This document shows positions 61,690 to 64,000 of a stretch of 64,000 nt of DNA, piece after piece. The stretch spans positions 310,001 to 374,000 of the forward strand of contig NW_025767284.1 in assembly GCF_003918875.1 (NCBI RefSeq). Reading direction: 5' to 3'. Source of the DNA: Haliotis rubra (lineage: Eukaryota). The notes under the pieces are model-generated. The model was given only the letters and a program-made list of their open reading frames with translations. It was not told the DNA's origin and searched no databases. Position 1 is the stretch's first letter, and each line of letters starts with the position of its first letter. Made by a program: the position numbers and the translations under genes.

Positions 61690-61849
61690 GGGGGCGGTGG
61701 GGTAGCCCAGTGGTTAAAGCGTTAGCTCGTCACGCCGAAGATCCCGGGTTCGAATCCCCACAGGGGTACAATGTGTGAAGCCCATTTCTGGTGTCCCCCG
61801 CCGTGATGTTGCTGGAATATTGCTAAAAGCGGCGTTAAACCAAACTCAG
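61690..61849 (+). mobile_element. SINE family A, full length
   Basis: 14-bp TSD TCATGTGGACATGC (61676-61689, 61850-61863). Confidence 0.95.
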
Positions 61850-62373
61850 TCATGTGGACATGCAACATAGGCTATATCTGGGGTATACTATATCCAGTAA
61901 AGTACAGATTCTAATTCGTTTTTAGATTCAAACCCACATGTCTCAGGGGGACATTTTCTAAACTTTTCGCGCAATTAAAATTCCCTCTTTCAAAACTTTC
62001 TGCAAGAATTCTGCAAATGTTCCTAACTGAATGCCTGTCGTGAAGGAGCAAAGATATCATCTGGAGAAAGTCTTCTACACCATTGGACCATTTGCTTCCA
62101 GCGAATTTCTCAACTTTGGTATAAGTGGGGACCTCGGGAGAGGGTTGAGATGTGATCATGTTGGAATATGGTCCATCATAGTTCGGCTCAGAACGTTTCA
62201 GCCACATTTTGTGGTGACTACACTCCGAACCCGACAATAATACATGTTGTTGCTAACAACTGCAATCGTTACCTTCCTGTTAACGTTGCCCACTGGTAAC
62301 AGTGGTCGAGTGATAGAATTCTTGTTTGAAGTTTCCTTCAACAGTATTTCAATAAATATCGTGTACTCCCCTG

Positions 62374-62594
62374 ATTTTAGTTTTACGCCACACTCAGCAA
62401 TATTATAGCTATATGGTGGCGGTCTGTAAAATAATAGAGTCTGGACCAGACAATCCAGTGATCAACAACATTATTAGCATCGATCTACGCAATTGGGATA
62501 CGATGGCATCTCTCAACCAAGTCAGCGAGGCTGACCACCCGTACAAGACAAGCATGTGTTACTGAAGATCAATTCTAACCCGGATCTGCACGGA
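62374..62594 (-). mobile_element. Retroposon family C
   Basis: Reverse match ending at the same 5' motif (CCGTGCAGATCCGGGTTAGAATTG). Confidence 0.88.
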
Positions 62595-62643
62595 TGTTTA
62601 GTCCATGAAATAATCTTATCAAATATATATATATATATGCACG

Positions 62644-63070
62644 AGTGAATGTGTGTGTATGGTTTTACGCCGTTTTCAGCAATTTTCCAGCGATATCACG
62701 GCGGGGGACACTAGAAATGGGCTTCACACATTGTACCCATGTGGGGAATCGAACCTGGGTCTCCAGCGTGACGAGAGACGCTTTAACCACTAGGCTATCC
62801 CACCGTCCCCGCGCACCAAGAGCGGCGACGCCATTTTATCTATCTGGGGAATCGAACCCGGGTTTTTGCCGTGGCGAGCGAACCCTTTAACCACTTGGCT
62901 ATCCCATCGCTACTATACACGTGAGCATTAGTCAGGTACCTCCCATGTTTTATGCGATAATGCTATAATTGTATATGCTTCGAAGGACGACTGGGTAGCC
63001 TTGTAGTTTAGGCGTTCGCTCGACTCAGCCACGGTGTGCTTGGGTTCGATTCCCTGCATGGGAACAATGT
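62644..63070. mobile_element. Cluster of family A SINEs (62644-62810 minus, ~62820-62910 minus partial, ~62985-63070 plus decayed)
   Basis: A/B-box matches in each copy. Confidence 0.85.
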
Positions 63071-64000
63071 CCAGCTAATGACAACGTAAACCATGCACAC
63101 ATACCCTCTGAGCTCGTATTATTACTTCAAAAAACCATTTAGAATCGTATCATTGGTTTGTGGAACCACTAGAATCGTATCTAATTCAAATAACATAATA
63201 AAATCGTATCAAGAAATAATTGCGATTTGTGAAATTATTGTCGATTTGAAAATGGATTATCACCGGTGTAATGAGGTGGCAAGGATCTCTTTTGACGTTA
63301 AGGAACCTCTGATATTCACACCCCCTTGTCTCGAAACTCGTGGGCGCAGTGTACCTCTATTTTTTGTCAAAAAAACACAGATCAACGTCAGGCGGATACG
63401 TGAATATATTCGTTTCCAACCACGTGTTGAAATATGAGACTATTCTTCAGAAATGCAATCACTGCTTTTGACAATGACAAACTGAATCCAACAATATTCG
63501 TGCACATTTGATTGACACTAAAACAATACCTTCATATATAACATATGACATGATTTATACATTGCAAGAAATGTAGGGGAACTTTGGTTTCTTGGTAGCC
63601 ATGCAGTAAGTATGTAAGTGGTTCATGTGCCAAGAAAATGTCGGAAGAAATGAAGCTCCCAAACACAGTGACAGCGATGAGACATCTCGGACAGCACGCG
63701 CATGCGATTGCATGCTATACTCGGTTTGTGAGCGGACTCTAGGAACCTTTTCTTGGAACCAAAGCAACTGAGAAAGCAACTGATCTTTTTGACGTTTGCA
63801 ATGTGTTTACGTGTCAAAGATAAGTTGCTTTTAAGTACGTGTCAGAATATTGTTGCTTTAATGCTGCATGTTTCTCAACCTACCGATTGCCAAGAAACAC
63901 GTAATGTCAAGGGTCGACACCCTTCTGGACGCCGAATGGCATCAACAGCGGTCTCGGATAGACAGGTCAGATAGGTGGAATTAAGAAATCGGTTGCAAAC

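Noticed and set aside
61911-62240. 108-aa minus-strand ORF
   Set aside because: Non-ATG start, no recognisable motif or splice signals.

Overview
Non-genic, repeat-saturated eukaryotic DNA, most likely from a mollusc; the SINE families suggest abalone (Haliotis), which is an inference from recalled families. No confident intact host gene, rRNA/tRNA gene or CRISPR array was found, and most long ORFs in the track are by-products of tandem repeats. Main contents: (1) about 15 minisatellite arrays with 15-99 bp units. (2) A 2541-bp non-autonomous Kolobok DNA transposon (TTAA TSD, AG...CT ends, decayed THAP ORF missing from the ORF track) that splits a 60-bp satellite. (3) A full-length but dead DD34E Tc1 element, plus hAT, Harbinger-like and Tc1-like MITEs. 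(4) Four short-retroposon families: A, a tRNA(Asp)-like SINE with about 35 copies or fragments; B, a tRNA-headed Meta-domain SINE; C, a headless, highly structured retroposon whose copies start at the same 5' nucleotide; D, a 5S rRNA-derived CORE SINE with an L2-type tail. (5) LINE 3' fragments. (6) A 3 x ~3.4-kb tandem segmental duplication. (7) A few weak host-gene candidates, the best at 29105-29473. The most interesting lead is family C, whose fixed 5' end folds into a pseudoknot and may be a self-cleaving ribozyme or internal promoter.
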